A stretch of 64,000 nucleotides of DNA from the NCBI GenBank assembly GCA_002269645.1, contig NIVC01002041.1, forward strand, positions 1-64,000, in the 5' to 3' direction. This document shows, piece by piece, positions 1-12,800 of the stretch. Within the stretch, counting starts at the first letter, position 1, and every line of letters starts with the position of its first letter. This DNA comes from Macrostomum lignano (lineage: Eukaryota). The position numbers were made by a program, and so were the translations under genes. The notes under the pieces are model-generated. The model saw only the letters and a program-made list of their open reading frames with translations, was not told the origin of the DNA and ran no database searches.

Positions 1-667
1 CAAGTAACTGAAGTATTGTACCGGTGTTAGCTACCCTAGTGAAGGTTATAATAGAAAGCATAGTAGACAAGATAGAAAGCGAAAACACTGATTAAAAAAC
101 ACAATTTTAAAAGTATTAACAAAATCGATACGTTTATTTCATTTGATTAAATGAAAAACAAACAAAACTATCGCACTATTGCTGACCGGGCAGAGGTAGC
201 ATAGCCGCAAAGCAATATTTGTCTCAAAAACTTTCGATTAAGCTAATATACCAGTCTTGGTGTGACAAATAAATACGAGATTAGCAACAGTAATTAAATA
301 ATTTTACGAATTTTTTTTCAGATTCAGTCCATAATTATCATCAGTTAATTTAAAAAACGGCAGAATTCGGATTCGATAAAACATTTCAAAGCATTTCTCT
401 GTGAATTCGGCAAAAAATTAAGATATGTAAGAAGGTTTATAAAATGAATATCTCAGTTTCTATCTAATAGCATGCATTTGGGTTTAGCTCGTGTATACTC
501 TTTTTTATCAACAGTTATCATAGCCAAGATTTTTCATGATTTGTGACTTTCAGTATTTTCAGGCATTTTCATCAGGTTTCCTAAAGTTCAACCATGCTAT
601 CCTCAAGAATATGTCTCTAAAAGGTTTTAAACGAGCTGTCTCGGAATAGAGACGCTTGAGAAAAGTT

Positions 668-880
668 TGCATCAGACTACTAGTTAAGCTTGGATAAGTA
701 GTAATCAAAGCATCGAGAATATCCACATCAGACTACTAGCAAACCCTGGATAAGTAGTAATCAAAGAACTAAAACAGTCAACATCCGACTACTACTTAAG
801 CCCAGGATAAGTAGCAATTAAAGCGTTAAAAACATTCGCATCACACTACTGCTGCTAGTCCCAAGTCAGTAGTAAAAATC
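668..880. repeat. Four degenerate ~55-57-bp tandem units, each with an internal inverted repeat (actact..agtagt)
   Basis: atcagactactag at ~671 and ~728, atccgactactac at ~783, atcacactactgc at ~840. Confidence 0.7.
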
Positions 881-889
881 GCGGCTAGT

Positions 890-3800
890 TCAGGCCCGCG
901 AGCCCTCCAGTGCGAAGACGGCCATCCAGATGGCGGCGGAGTGCTTGCACAACAGTCGCTCGTCCCAGCCGTCGAAGACGCCCTCATAGTCGGTGTACAC
1001 GATGCCAACCTCCGACAGTGGCAGGTCCAGCAGATCCGGCCGGCTCGCCAGCTCCAGCCTCATCAGGCTGTGCAGCTTCTCCAGCAGGAAGCTGCACCGG
1101 TTGCGGAGGTCACGCGGGGGCAGCAGCTGGCGGAGCGGCTCCTCTAGCGGTGCGGCCTCGAGGTGCGGCAGTCGCGGAACGGCTCGAAGCCGTCGTGGGC
1201 GAGCTGCTGGCAGCGCAGGCGGTCCAGCGACAGCCACAGCAGGCGGACGTGGTCGATGGTGACGCAGCGGTTGAGCGGCTCCGGCAGCCCCTGCGGCATT
1301 CGCAGCGACTTCGTCATGAAGTCGTGCAGCAGCTGCGACGGCTCCTTCGGGGCCAGCGAGGTCAGGAAGCTCACGGCTGGTGGCAGCAGCTCCTCCAGCA
1401 GCGACGTGATGACGGGCGGGCTGCTGGGCAGCTCGGAGCTCAGCGCGTGGCTCACCGAGGAGCTGCTGGGAGAGCGGCACTGCGGCACCGCCTGAGGACG
1501 GCAGGAACAGCAGGATGAAAATAATATATAGAAGCAAGGTCACACTCAATGGGAGTTTATGATCAACAGGAACCCGTGATCTACTCGCCTTATTCAGCAA
1601 CTGAAACTGCTCGTAGAGGTTAAAGTCCTCCTTGAACTTCATCTCCGGCAGGTGACCAGTGAGCCGTGATTTTCCCCGAGCCAGCAGCTCAACAAGCTGT
1701 TGCTGCAAGCTGGAAAAGTTGTAGGCGACCTTGCAGCCCTCGCCAGGGCGCAGAGAGTACTCGCAATTCGCTAGCAGGACTGGCAGCAGATCGGCGTCCG
1801 GATCGTACGAGATTACAGAGGCTTCGTTAGCCTAAAATAGTTGCTCGTAAAGTACATGTACAAGTATAAGTACAGGCTCCTAGGCGAGAGTTTACCGGTA
1901 AAACTGTAAAGGGTTCTTCTCGCTACCTAAGAGCCGAACTTTAAAAATCCATTATTCGCAAAACGCCGACTCCGACATAGACTTACCTGACAGATGTCGA
2001 TTTCATCGCACTGGATTCCGCTAGCTTCCAATACGGAATTTTGAGCCTCCATCAGCAGCTGGACTAGGCCCACGATGCAGCTTCCCCAGCCGCCGCTATG
2101 GGGCAGCAGAGTCGCTAAGGGCATAAAATCTGCTGTGGCCCAGTGGCAAGCTTTCTCACTGATGGGAACGATGACTCCGTTTGGAAATCTGGCGCCCCGG
2201 TTTTCCAGGTGGCCATGCAGAGAGTTCCAAGCCAGTTTGAACTCGATCGCGCCCTGTTCCCACCTGAGTGAGTTTTCGAAAGGGAGAGTGCAGGTTGGAA
2301 AACCTGCTTGTCAAGTTGAAACTTGCAGAGGGATAAAAGATGAGACATAAATACTCACTGCCGATTCATGTCAAACGCATCTATCTTCCTTTTTTCAGCC
2401 GCTTCCATCGACAAGTTGAACTTCCAAGCGGCCACCAGGTCCTTCACCAGCTGCAGCAGAGCCGGCAGAGACCGCAGGTGCCTCAGCGCGAACTCCCAGC
2501 GAGTGACGGCCTCGATCAGGGCGTGCCGCCTCTGTTCCTCGGCGCCCAGCTCCCGGAAGGTCTGCACCGCGTGCTCCACGGAGATGACCTGCCTGTAGCG
2601 CCACAGCTGGCCCTCGTGCGCCTGCCGCCTGTCGAGCTCCGAGGTCTCCTGCACCAGGCGGACGATCTCCGATGTCCTGCCGAGGTCGTCCTGCCCGACG
2701 ATTCGGTTGGACTCCTGCAGCCAGTCGCTCAGGTTGTCCAGCAGCGGCCGGAGCAGGCGCGTCTCCAAGCGGGTCTCGAACTCGCGACGTCCATCGTTGT
2801 TGAGCAGGTTGAAGGCGGTGGCGGGCGCGGGTGCTGACAGGCCGCGCAGCAGCAGCAGGTGGAGCGCCTGTGCTGCGTCCTCCTGACTGCGACCCGTGGC
2901 GCGGCTGAACAGCGCCAGGCCGGTGCGGAACTCCTCAGCGAATCCGCGCCTGTCGCCTCCAGCGGCGCCTCCCAGCAGCAGCGCCAGCGCCTGCAGCGAC
3001 CGCAGGAGCGCCGCTGCGCCGGCAGACAGCTGACGGACCGGTTCTGGCCGGTTGTGGTCGGCGACCGGCACGAACCCGCGCTGGGTTCGGTCCGCGGCTT
3101 GGTAGTCCGTGTTGCCCGCCACCAGCTGGTGGCTCTGGCCGCCGATGGCGCTGCCGCAGTCCGGGCAGCGGGAGAGCTGCATCGCCTGGCCGCACTGGTA
3201 GGATGGAGAGTCGGGTCAATTGGGCAATCGAATGATGAGGGTTCGGGAGATTTTGATAGATAGAGAAATGGCAAAGAGCAGACAGGCAAAGTCGAAAGAG
3301 CTTGTCTTTTGTCCACGAATTTCGTGATCATCATAAAGTTATGACGACAGCCAAGAACTTTCCAGATGACCGATTATTATTTTATCGCTTTTACATTTTT
3401 AGCTGTGGTTGAAATCAGCTCGAATTTCTTGCCTGGCTATCAGATGCCAATCATATATTTCTCAATCTCTTTCTTAATCTTGAGTAAGACCCCAACTTTG
3501 CGCCTCCACCCTCTTATCTCCGATCCCCACTTTGCGCCTCCACCTCAAACTTATCTGCCAACAGCATACAAGACTTACATTGGCAATGTAGTACGGGTGG
3601 CCGTTGGGGCAAGCTGAAATGAGTCAACAGCCAGTGAAGCAGTTAAAATCCATAGTCTCGCAGACTAATTGAAGAGTCCCAAGCGAGCTCACCAAAGGCG
3701 CGGGTGCCCCCGATTCCCTGAGCCGTGAAAGCTTCGAACAGCTCGTCATGCCGCATGCCAGGCAGCAGCCAGTTGTTGAAGTTGTTCGGCAGTTGAGTGA

Positions 3801-6800
3801 GAAAGTTGACAATGTCAGATTGGCAGGTTGCCAACACGAAGGCCAGGTGAATCTGCAGCAGACAAAGCTGATGGTTGCCATCCGTGGCCCCAGCCAGAGG
3901 CTCCAGTCGCCTGTACAGCTCTTGGGCTGCGGGCGTCATCCAGCTGAGCATCAAGTTGATGCAGGCGGTCAGCTGCTGCTCATCGCACCTGCCTTGCATG
4001 TGGCGAAGGCGATAGGCAGCGACGAGGGCAACCAGAGCCACCACAAGACTCTCGGCTGGTGGGAAATCCGGTCTCTGAAACAGGAAAGTCTTATGCTGTA
4101 AAATGTGTGCTGTGGGGCGGCTGATCTTCAGTGTCCGGTGTACACTGTGTGCTGTGGGGTGGCTGCTCCTCACTCAGTGCCCTGTGTACACTGTGTGCTG
4201 TGGGGTGGCTGCTTCTCACTCAGTGCCCTGTGTACACTGTGTGCTGTGGGGTGGCTGCTCTCACTCAGTGCCCTGTGTACACTGTGTGCTGTGGGGTGGC
4301 TGCTCCTCACTCAGTGCCCTGTGTACACTGTGTGCTGTGGGGTGGCTGCTTCTCACTCAGTGCCCTGTGCGCACTGTGTGCTGTGGGGTGGCTGCTCCTC
4401 ACTCAGTGCCCTGTGTACACTGTGTGCTGTGGGGTGGCTGCTCTCACTCAGTGCCCTGTGTACACTGTGTGCTGTGGGGTGGCTGCTTCTCACTCAGTGC
4501 CCTGTGTACACTGTGTGCTGTGGGGTGGCTGCTTCTCACTCAGTGCCCTGTGCGCACTGTGTGCTGTGGGGTGGCTGCTCCTCACTCAGTGCCCTGTGTA
4601 CACTGTGTGCTGTGGGGTGGCTGCTCTCACTCAGTGCCCTGTGTACACTGTGTGCTGTGGGGTGGCTGCTTCTCACTCAGTGCCCTGTGTACACTGTGTG
4701 CTGTGAGGTGGCTGCTTCTCACTCAGTGCCCTGTGTACACTGTGTGCTGTGGGGTCGCTGCTCCTCACTCAGTGCCCTGTGTACACTGCGTGTTGTGGGG
4801 TCGCTGCTCCTCACTCAGTGTCCTGTGTACTCTGCGTGTTGTGGGGTCGCTGCTCCTCACTGAGTGTCGCGTGTAAATTGCATGCTGTGTACACTGTGTG
4901 CTGTGTACACTGTGTGCTGTGTACACTGTGTGCTGTGTACACTGTGTGCTGTGGGGTGGCTGCTCTTCTCTTTCTCGACCTTAACATCCAATTAATGACC
5001 AACACTGGCAGCTGACCATACCTGCTGATTGAGCTCTCCAGTGAGGTAGGCCTGATACAGACATCTGCGCACATTTCTATACACGTCCGAATGGCACAGC
5101 AGGATGTCTGGCAATTCCACTCGGCCTTCGATCAGCTGCATCTCCTCGCGGAACACCCTGGCCAAATATTCATCTGCTCGGAGTCGCTCAAGCGCTGCGC
5201 AGGTGCCGCCGAAGCGGCTGAGGCAGCGCAGGAAGTACACCCGTGACCATTGGTGCTGCAGCAGCGAGCGGGCCAGTTGCTCTCGTCGTCGGTCATCCTG
5301 TAGAAGAGGCAGATGATTGACGATTTGCCCTCCTTCGGGCAGGGCGGCGATGCTGGTGGCCAGCAGCGACAGGGCGACGCGCCAGTCGGCCACCTGACGG
5401 AGCCGCTGCAGTTCTAATGGGTCAGAGTCTTCAGGAAAAATTCTCGGAGCCGGTGCGTCGACTACCTCGATGACGGCGCGCATTAGTCGTTGATCGACGG
5501 GATGCGTTGCGAGGCGGGAGATCCACAAATCCTGAATTTCGGAAAATTACGTGAGTTCGCTTGAAAGCCTTGTTTTTACGAGCTATGTTTGCTGAATTTG
5601 GCTTTAAATTAAATATTTTCTTAACGAGTGTTTTACCTCTAAACAGTGGACGACGATGAGTACTAAATTGTCTGTTGATCGGACAATATTATCTGCGGCT
5701 CTTAAGTGCTCGTCTAGCTGGTCGCAAACTTTTTCTTTGTTGAATGCAAGCAGCTGCTGTAGAAGAAACGAGCGGAACACCACTGGATTTTCGTCGTCTC
5801 TTTCTGTTGTCCATGAAATGAGCTCAATGTCTCCGCCTTCCCTTGTAACATACGAAAGCAACCTATCGCAGAGGTCGCTACTCGGTGGTCGATTGTAGCT
5901 ATTGAATGACCTGCTGTCTTGCCCAAAGCACAGTTTCATGATGGCTTCCAGTAGAAAAGTCTTGCACCTGGATTTGAACTGCCGTATTACAAATAAGCGA
6001 GATCCAAACACCTCAGTGGCTAAATGCTCGTTTCGACAAGAGGGACAAACAAAAGATAAATTCGCTAAGCCAACCAGAACCCGACTGTCCTGCATTATCA
6101 GTTCATTCTGCATCTCTTCATTGGTTTCCATGTCTTCAAACTCAACTGCTACTACGTCATGCAGTCCGTCTCCAGGAACAACTGCACAAGTGTTTGCGTT
6201 TTCTTCTCGAAGAAGGTAGCGATTCATTCGACGAAAGTTAGGAAAGAGACAGCTGCATCGATTCTTGAAATCAATGCAGCAGTCGCGCTTCGCGGCTGCG
6301 GACAAGATCCGCCTGACGAGGCAATCTCGACAAAGGTGTTCCTGACACGGCAGGCGTAGGAGCGACTGTAAGCGTCCATTACACCTATAGCATCTAGTCG
6401 TTCTGAAATTTCGTAGCGAAATGTGGTGAGGCTAACTTGCTGCTAAGACTCAAAAGCAGTCGTGGCAAGGTAACTAAACTTACAGTGTCAGTCGGTGCCG
6501 CAATTCGTATGCATGCCTTCTAAGATTCCTTCTATAAGACGAAGACCATCCAACTCTTTAAAGTCGACGTTGGGATTTTGGTTCAGCAACTGAAATTGCG
6601 TCATGAGTAGCTTTCTGTGATTCTTCCTACTTGCAACCACATGACTTAAAGATACGGGTCTCAAATATTTTGATCGATTAATAAAATACTTTTATTGGCA
6701 TTGGCTCTTACCGTCCAGAGTCTAGTTGGATCAAAAGAGCCGTCTTCAACTGTATCGTCGGCATCGAATGGTGCAGCAACATTTTTCAAAAATAGAAACC

Positions 6801-9800
6801 AACAAAGAATTTTCTGCCACTGGCTATGCATAGCATTATTGCCGTAGTTATTTATCAAACTTGCGACGATAGGCAGTGAATTTCAACATCATTGATCCAC
6901 TGGGAGCGGTTCTCGGCCACATTCAAGCGGGGACATCTCTGAATCAAATGTTCGTGAAAAGTCTCGAACAGGGCCTGCAAAGAGAGAGTGGGTTTTCATT
7001 TTTTTGCTTTGGATTTCTTTTAATTTCAAGGTGCAAAATTATATGATATTTTCATGCCCATGCACCAGTCCTTCAAATTGCTTTCTTTAACCAACTTACC
7101 TCAGGTAGTTCACCAAGCCTGTCAATCCTGTCCACAGGTAGCGCCAGGCCCGGAACCTTCTGCATCAACCTAGTCACCAGCGTCATCTGCTGGCTGAACT
7201 CTTTGAACAGCCAGAAGCTCTCGAACACCGCGGCGCCCAAACAAGTCCCAGCTCTGTCGCTGAGTCCTCGCAGCATCACGGGAACCAGCACCTGCAGCAT
7301 TTCCTCGGTTACTCTTGCGATGCGAATTCGCACAAGGTCATGACAGAAGCCGCCAACCAGATCCGGGATGGCCTCTTCATCTTGGAGAACTTGGCCAATC
7401 GGGGTGCTGTTCAAGAACAGCTCCATTAAGCGCTCCGCCTCTCTCTGCTGCTCTTTGTTGCAGATTCGCTCCAGTCGCTCTACCACCGCCCAGGAGAACG
7501 GAAATCGGCACGCGAACCGGTGACCGTCGCATGAGGACGAAGCGACTTCAATCCTCTGGAACTCGCCCGTGGTTCCCTTCACCAGGTTCTCCGTGATCTG
7601 GTCGAGATCGGATGCCGGCTCCACCATGCGCATCCACAGGCCTCGCAGGCCATCGCGTCGGTAGCAGTTGAGGTTCTGGTCTCGGTCGGAGAATGCCAGG
7701 AAGCAGGCGATGGCAGGAGCCACTTTCTGTTTCAGGACGCGCCACGTGCTCTCGCTGAAAATAGAAATTTATGTATATTTGTCAAGGTAAGAAATAATAA
7801 AGTCCGTCAAAGTGACCCGAATTTTCTCACATAAAAGTGCCAGCATCCGTGACCCTCTGATCTTGTGCGGCCTCGCGACTGAGCCATTCGCTGGGACTAT
7901 ACGTAGCAACCGAGCTTTCGTCCTTCCAGGTAAGCACATTGACAATGAACTTGTACATACATTTAGTAAATGTACGATCTGAAAATGTAGCAAGAATACG
8001 AATAGTCAAGACAAAGCTTACATAAAATTGTTAGAATATTCGATTGAATTGTTTTAGCGTACCCTTTAAAGCGTCGTTTAGAATCAGCTGCCTATCCAAC
8101 AAGCGACAGTCTTGTTCGTCGATATTCCCAACTTGACCATCTTTGAGAAGGCTCATGGCCTGATGGATTGACTCATCGATTAACATTTTTAGATCTATTG
8201 GCGTGTTTATTCTTTCGCCTAGCAAATGGGCGTATTCTTGACTACTGTAATGACATAACTTTTCTTGCGCTTCAAGGGAGGCGTTAACAGCAGTAGCCAC
8301 TGATTTACCATCTAATAATCGAATGTTTACTCTGCCTGAGGGTACTAACTCTTCAATGTGCACCGACTGCCACCGGCCTGAGTCAAAGCCAGTGAATGGG
8401 CTAACGTGCGAACGAACAAGTTTGATCAACAATACCACCCGCTTGTTTCTACAATGGTCTGGACTAGCTGCTAAAGCCTGTTTGAAATGATCCTCAATCA
8501 GGTACTTCGTGCATGCCAACAGATTCTGATAGTTCTGCCTGAGACCTTCAAATTGCAGTATCAGAATCGAACAGTCGCTCTCAGTAAAAAAGCGCTTAGC
8601 ATACTCACTAAACTCGTTCTCACTCTGAAATGTACTTAAGTTTTCGAACTTCACTTCTTTATTAATATGCCTCTGCAGGGTCTCGCATTCGGAGATTGTC
8701 ATAAGTCTATCATGAGTTGTCACCTGAAAGAATGACTTTGCCGGATTCCTAATTAGAACACTGCTCTCTAAAAAAGACAATAGACTACTCAGATTGAAAA
8801 CGTTGTAGTAGATTTCTAAATACTCTTCTTTATACTGCTTCAGTTCTGTTTGATCAAGACGAACTAGACTATCCATTGTAGCAACAGCTAGCAGGCAGTT
8901 CTTGATATTTAGCTCGTCAACTCCAAAGTCAATGATCAGGGTTGATATTACATCGGTATGAAAGCCCACAAAGGCACCGCTAGGATTCTTTTCTGGTGAT
9001 AAACTTGTTTTAGAAATAAATTTTGAAGTCCATTTGGAAAGTCGCGTAGCACAGAGTCTCTGCTCATTCGATAGCATAGCCAAGGCTGTGAGCTTATGCT
9101 TCTCAAGCCGATTGATCAATGGAATCGGAAATCGCTCTCTCACTGTCGTCTGCTCAGCAACGACAATCATGCGGAAGTTCAGGTTCACCTTGCATTTGAG
9201 CCGGTGGGTGCCAAGTCCAAGATCGACAAAGCGATCGTCACCGCACTGCTCATAGTACTGGTTTAAAACATCGTAAAGACTTTCATACAGAGCGTCCATG
9301 TTCAGCAGGACAACAGTGCTGCCTCGCTCCATGCAGATCTTAATACGATTGATGTCCAGACAGATTTTCGAGTAGTCCTGGTCCTTTGGAAAGCTGCTGC
9401 CAAAGATGATGCTCACTTGCTGATCATGGTCCTCGTCTTCGAGCAGTCGAGGCAAAATCTTTAAGCCTGAATAGTTTTCCGTGATAAGCAGCAGGTATCG
9501 CTGCTCCTCACCAGTGGATCGCAGAGCATCTCTGATGGCTGAATAATTTCCCAAGTCGATTTCTCTCCCAACAATTTCTTTAGCAAAGAAGTCCACTGGA
9601 TCCAAGTCACCGAATCCGCTGAAGTTTCTCTTTATGCACTGAGCCACAGTCCTAAGATTCAGGGTAGACTTTGAGGCCAAATGCTTTACCAAACTGAAGT
9701 AGTCACGAAGGCCAAAAAACTCTCTCTCCTTCTGCGTGTGGTCGTATATTTCTTCGTAAAACGTTGTGACATGCTCCAGGTGTGATCGAACGCGATCTCT

Positions 9801-12800
9801 TCGAACCTGACTTTGGCAGATTCCCTTTGCCGTGTCCAGTAGATCCTCGTGCGTGGGCACGTCTCGCAACAAGTACAGTCCGCGGTTCATTTTGGCCGGG
9901 TCCAAAGCCCAGTTCGAGATACCGATGAAGCCAACTTTGCTATGCTTTCTGTTTTGAGCTGTTTGCAAGGAGTCAGTAAAGTAGCCTTCCTCAAGAAGCG
10001 GGTGAAGTGCCTTTAGAGGCATCTTGGGACTGTCTTCTGCCAAACCGACTTCGTCAAGAATAACCACGGAGACGAACTTATCGAGGTCCTTTTCTTTCTG
10101 CAGTTGAGAGCACTGTTCGAACGTCTTGATGATTCCCTCAGAAGTTGACCATGGGGAACACTGGAACGACAGCATCTGCGTATTTGGAAGCTGGCGAAAT
10201 ATTTCACCTTGTGAGTTCGTTCCTAACATGTTGCTCTTCACAATCGACTTTCCGAGCGACTTGGAACTTCCAGGCTTTCCGACGACAAACAATGGGATTC
10301 GAAGTGTGATGCAAAGCACCATCATAAAGACATTTTCTCTAAGAGCTTCGTTCTTGGCAATTGACTTGGGCAGATGCTCCGAAATGTCATTCAAAAGCCT
10401 TTGATGACATCGGGTAATGATTTGCATAATATCATGAGGACTCAGACCTGCATTGAGAACCTGAGACAGCAATTCGAGATAGCCATTTTTGTTCTCCTTC
10501 GGCAGGCGACTCAGATAGCACGAAGCTAAAGCCATAATTTCGATTAGAGTTTCCTCATTGCAATCAGAATCTCCGTCATCTCGAGCGTCCAACTGTGCTA
10601 GCAATCCATTTGAAAGCCACTGGAACACGACTATGACCTTCTCGACTTCTCTCAGTGAAACATACTTTGTCTCATCATCCGTAGTGCGCATGAAGTGTTG
10701 TGATGCTGCAACCAGCTCTACAAGGCGTGTCTTCTGTGCTGGAGAGGTCCGAAGTCTGGACTCAACCATTCTGGTGATGTACTTCCTTTCAGAATCATCA
10801 GAGAGACTGCCAAAGTCCCACAAAACGCTGATCAAGGAGAGGGGCAGAGGCTTCACACGATAAACCAAATGTCGCATCGGAACATTTCCGAATTTATCCT
10901 GAGTATCCTCTTTTCTCACTCTGTATCCAAGTCCACTGTTCTCCAGTCTCTTGATTGTCGATTCGGGATGCTTGCGGTAAGGATTGCAAGCGGCAATGCA
11001 TCTCAGTCCATAGGCAAAGCTTATCCTCTCACCATTGATTCTGCCGTCAATCATGATTTCCTTAATCAGACCGACAGCACTGGTCGTGTTTACTTCATCA
11101 AAGAATAGAATTGTGTAAGGAGTCACTGCGTGGTTCTGACGTGACAACTCAACAGCGTCATGGACTGCCTTCACCACATCGGCAGTTGTTACAGCACCGT
11201 GGACCTTCAGAATTCGCATGTTGCAAATATCGGACTGAGCTGGCAGCATGATTCGAGCCAGAAACTCGACAAGCTTAGTCTTTCCACAGCCCGTTTCGCC
11301 CATCAGAACGACAGGAATCTCGCTCCTGAACCGCATGTAGATAGCCAGCATCTTTTTGACGTTGTCCATAGTCAGCTCATAGGACGGATCGGGGTCCGGG
11401 AAATTAGTGTCAGAGGTCACACCATTCTCATTCTCTCAATTTTATTCTGCCGACTCAGATCCTCGAACCGCTCTTGAAGTCGAACACGTTGTGCGATGAG
11501 GCTCTGGTAAAGCTGCGGACTCATGATGTCTTCCTGTACAACATCGTTGCTCGCGCTGTCCAAGAGATGACCTTGTTGACTCACTGTGAAGCCGACGAAT
11601 GTAAAGGTCGTGCCGTCTTGATTGAACAGCAGATAGGGGTGAGAGGTGTGCTCCCAACGACGGCGGACTTCAAAGTTCTCAATCAGTGGACGATCATTCT
11701 CTGCATTTGGTTGTGCAGCTTTGCTCTCATCCGCGATGTTCAATGAGCGACTTGAAAAATCTTTCGACATGAGCAAAAGACAGGAAAGCACAAATCTTCT
11801 GAAGCCAGGTAGGTCTTGCTCGGCTAGTGGCTCACAGAAAGGGGATCGCTCAAAGTCAACAAGCTGTCCGTTGAAAAACCTGGCGAAGTTGTTCAGCTCA
11901 AGCCACGATGGATTGTCAATGCCGCAATTTTCTAAAAGCAGACGCACGATTTCAATTGAAGGAATTTGCGCTTCTAAGTCACAGTGAGCAGCATTTCTAT
12001 TGCCTAGGGATGCCAGGTACACTGCAGGTCGCTTGCACACAGCGGTTTGGAGATGCGAATCGCTGAGCAGTGGTTGCCAGTCTGATGCCATTTCACCTGC
12101 TTCGAGCTGCCTCAAAGCGTCGCTTGGCGAAACACAAGTGATTGACGGCAGGTATCGAAGTACGAAGAACTCTGTTTTGAATAGATAATTTCTCGAATGT
12201 TCCAGCAAGTACAGGTCTTCTCTTCTTCTGCGCCAAATTCGTCCGCTTGAGTCTGTGATGGCTCCAAACATTGCAAGCTGAGTGAAGACATTTTCAAAGC
12301 CTGTCTGTACTTCACGAGCAATATCCAGGTGAAATGTCCGGGGCCGCCTGTCTTTATTGTCTGCTTTGGCAAAGAAATCATACAACTTGTCGACATCCAG
12401 GTGCGAATCACTGCAGCTGAATACGTGAGCCTCGTGTCTTGGTCGAAAATTGGCAATCTCATTGCACTGGTGCGACTTCCCCATTCCTGAACGATCGGAA
12501 GTGATCCAAAGAAAACTGCTGTGAGCTGGACCTGCTTCCCTTCTCATGAACTGTGCAACCCAATTAATAATTTTTTTCTGGCTGGGCTTGGTAGTTAAAT
12601 CTTTCTGAAATGGACTGAGGGCGTTGCAAAATGGATATTGCTTTTGGCTTTGAAGCGGAAACAGTGCGAAGAAATACGATTGAATCCGGCCATCTACGCT
12701 GTTTAGTAGGAGACTGAGCTTCTGCTCAGCAAACACTGACAGGTCATAGGTTAGCTGGTCAGCGCTCATTATCACAAAGAGGTGATCCGGGCTCTGACTA

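Noticed and set aside
3205-3260. FDCPIDPTLHP reading that mimics the start of an RZ finger
   Set aside because: It lies in the intron's pyrimidine tract with no upstream acceptor. The true CPNGH half is the 3579-3613 microexon.
910-3263. Plus-strand GC-rich ORFs overlapping RNF213 exons (similar ones overlap dynein and ARRDC)
   Set aside because: They are antisense shadows of GC-rich coding exons with no recognisable domains.
11417-11420. GTGA stop/start overlap between two giant ORFs, resembling bacterial translational coupling or a programmed frameshift
   Set aside because: RNF213 homology runs straight through the junction, there is no slippery heptamer, and four other same-type -1 lesions in the window point to sequence error.
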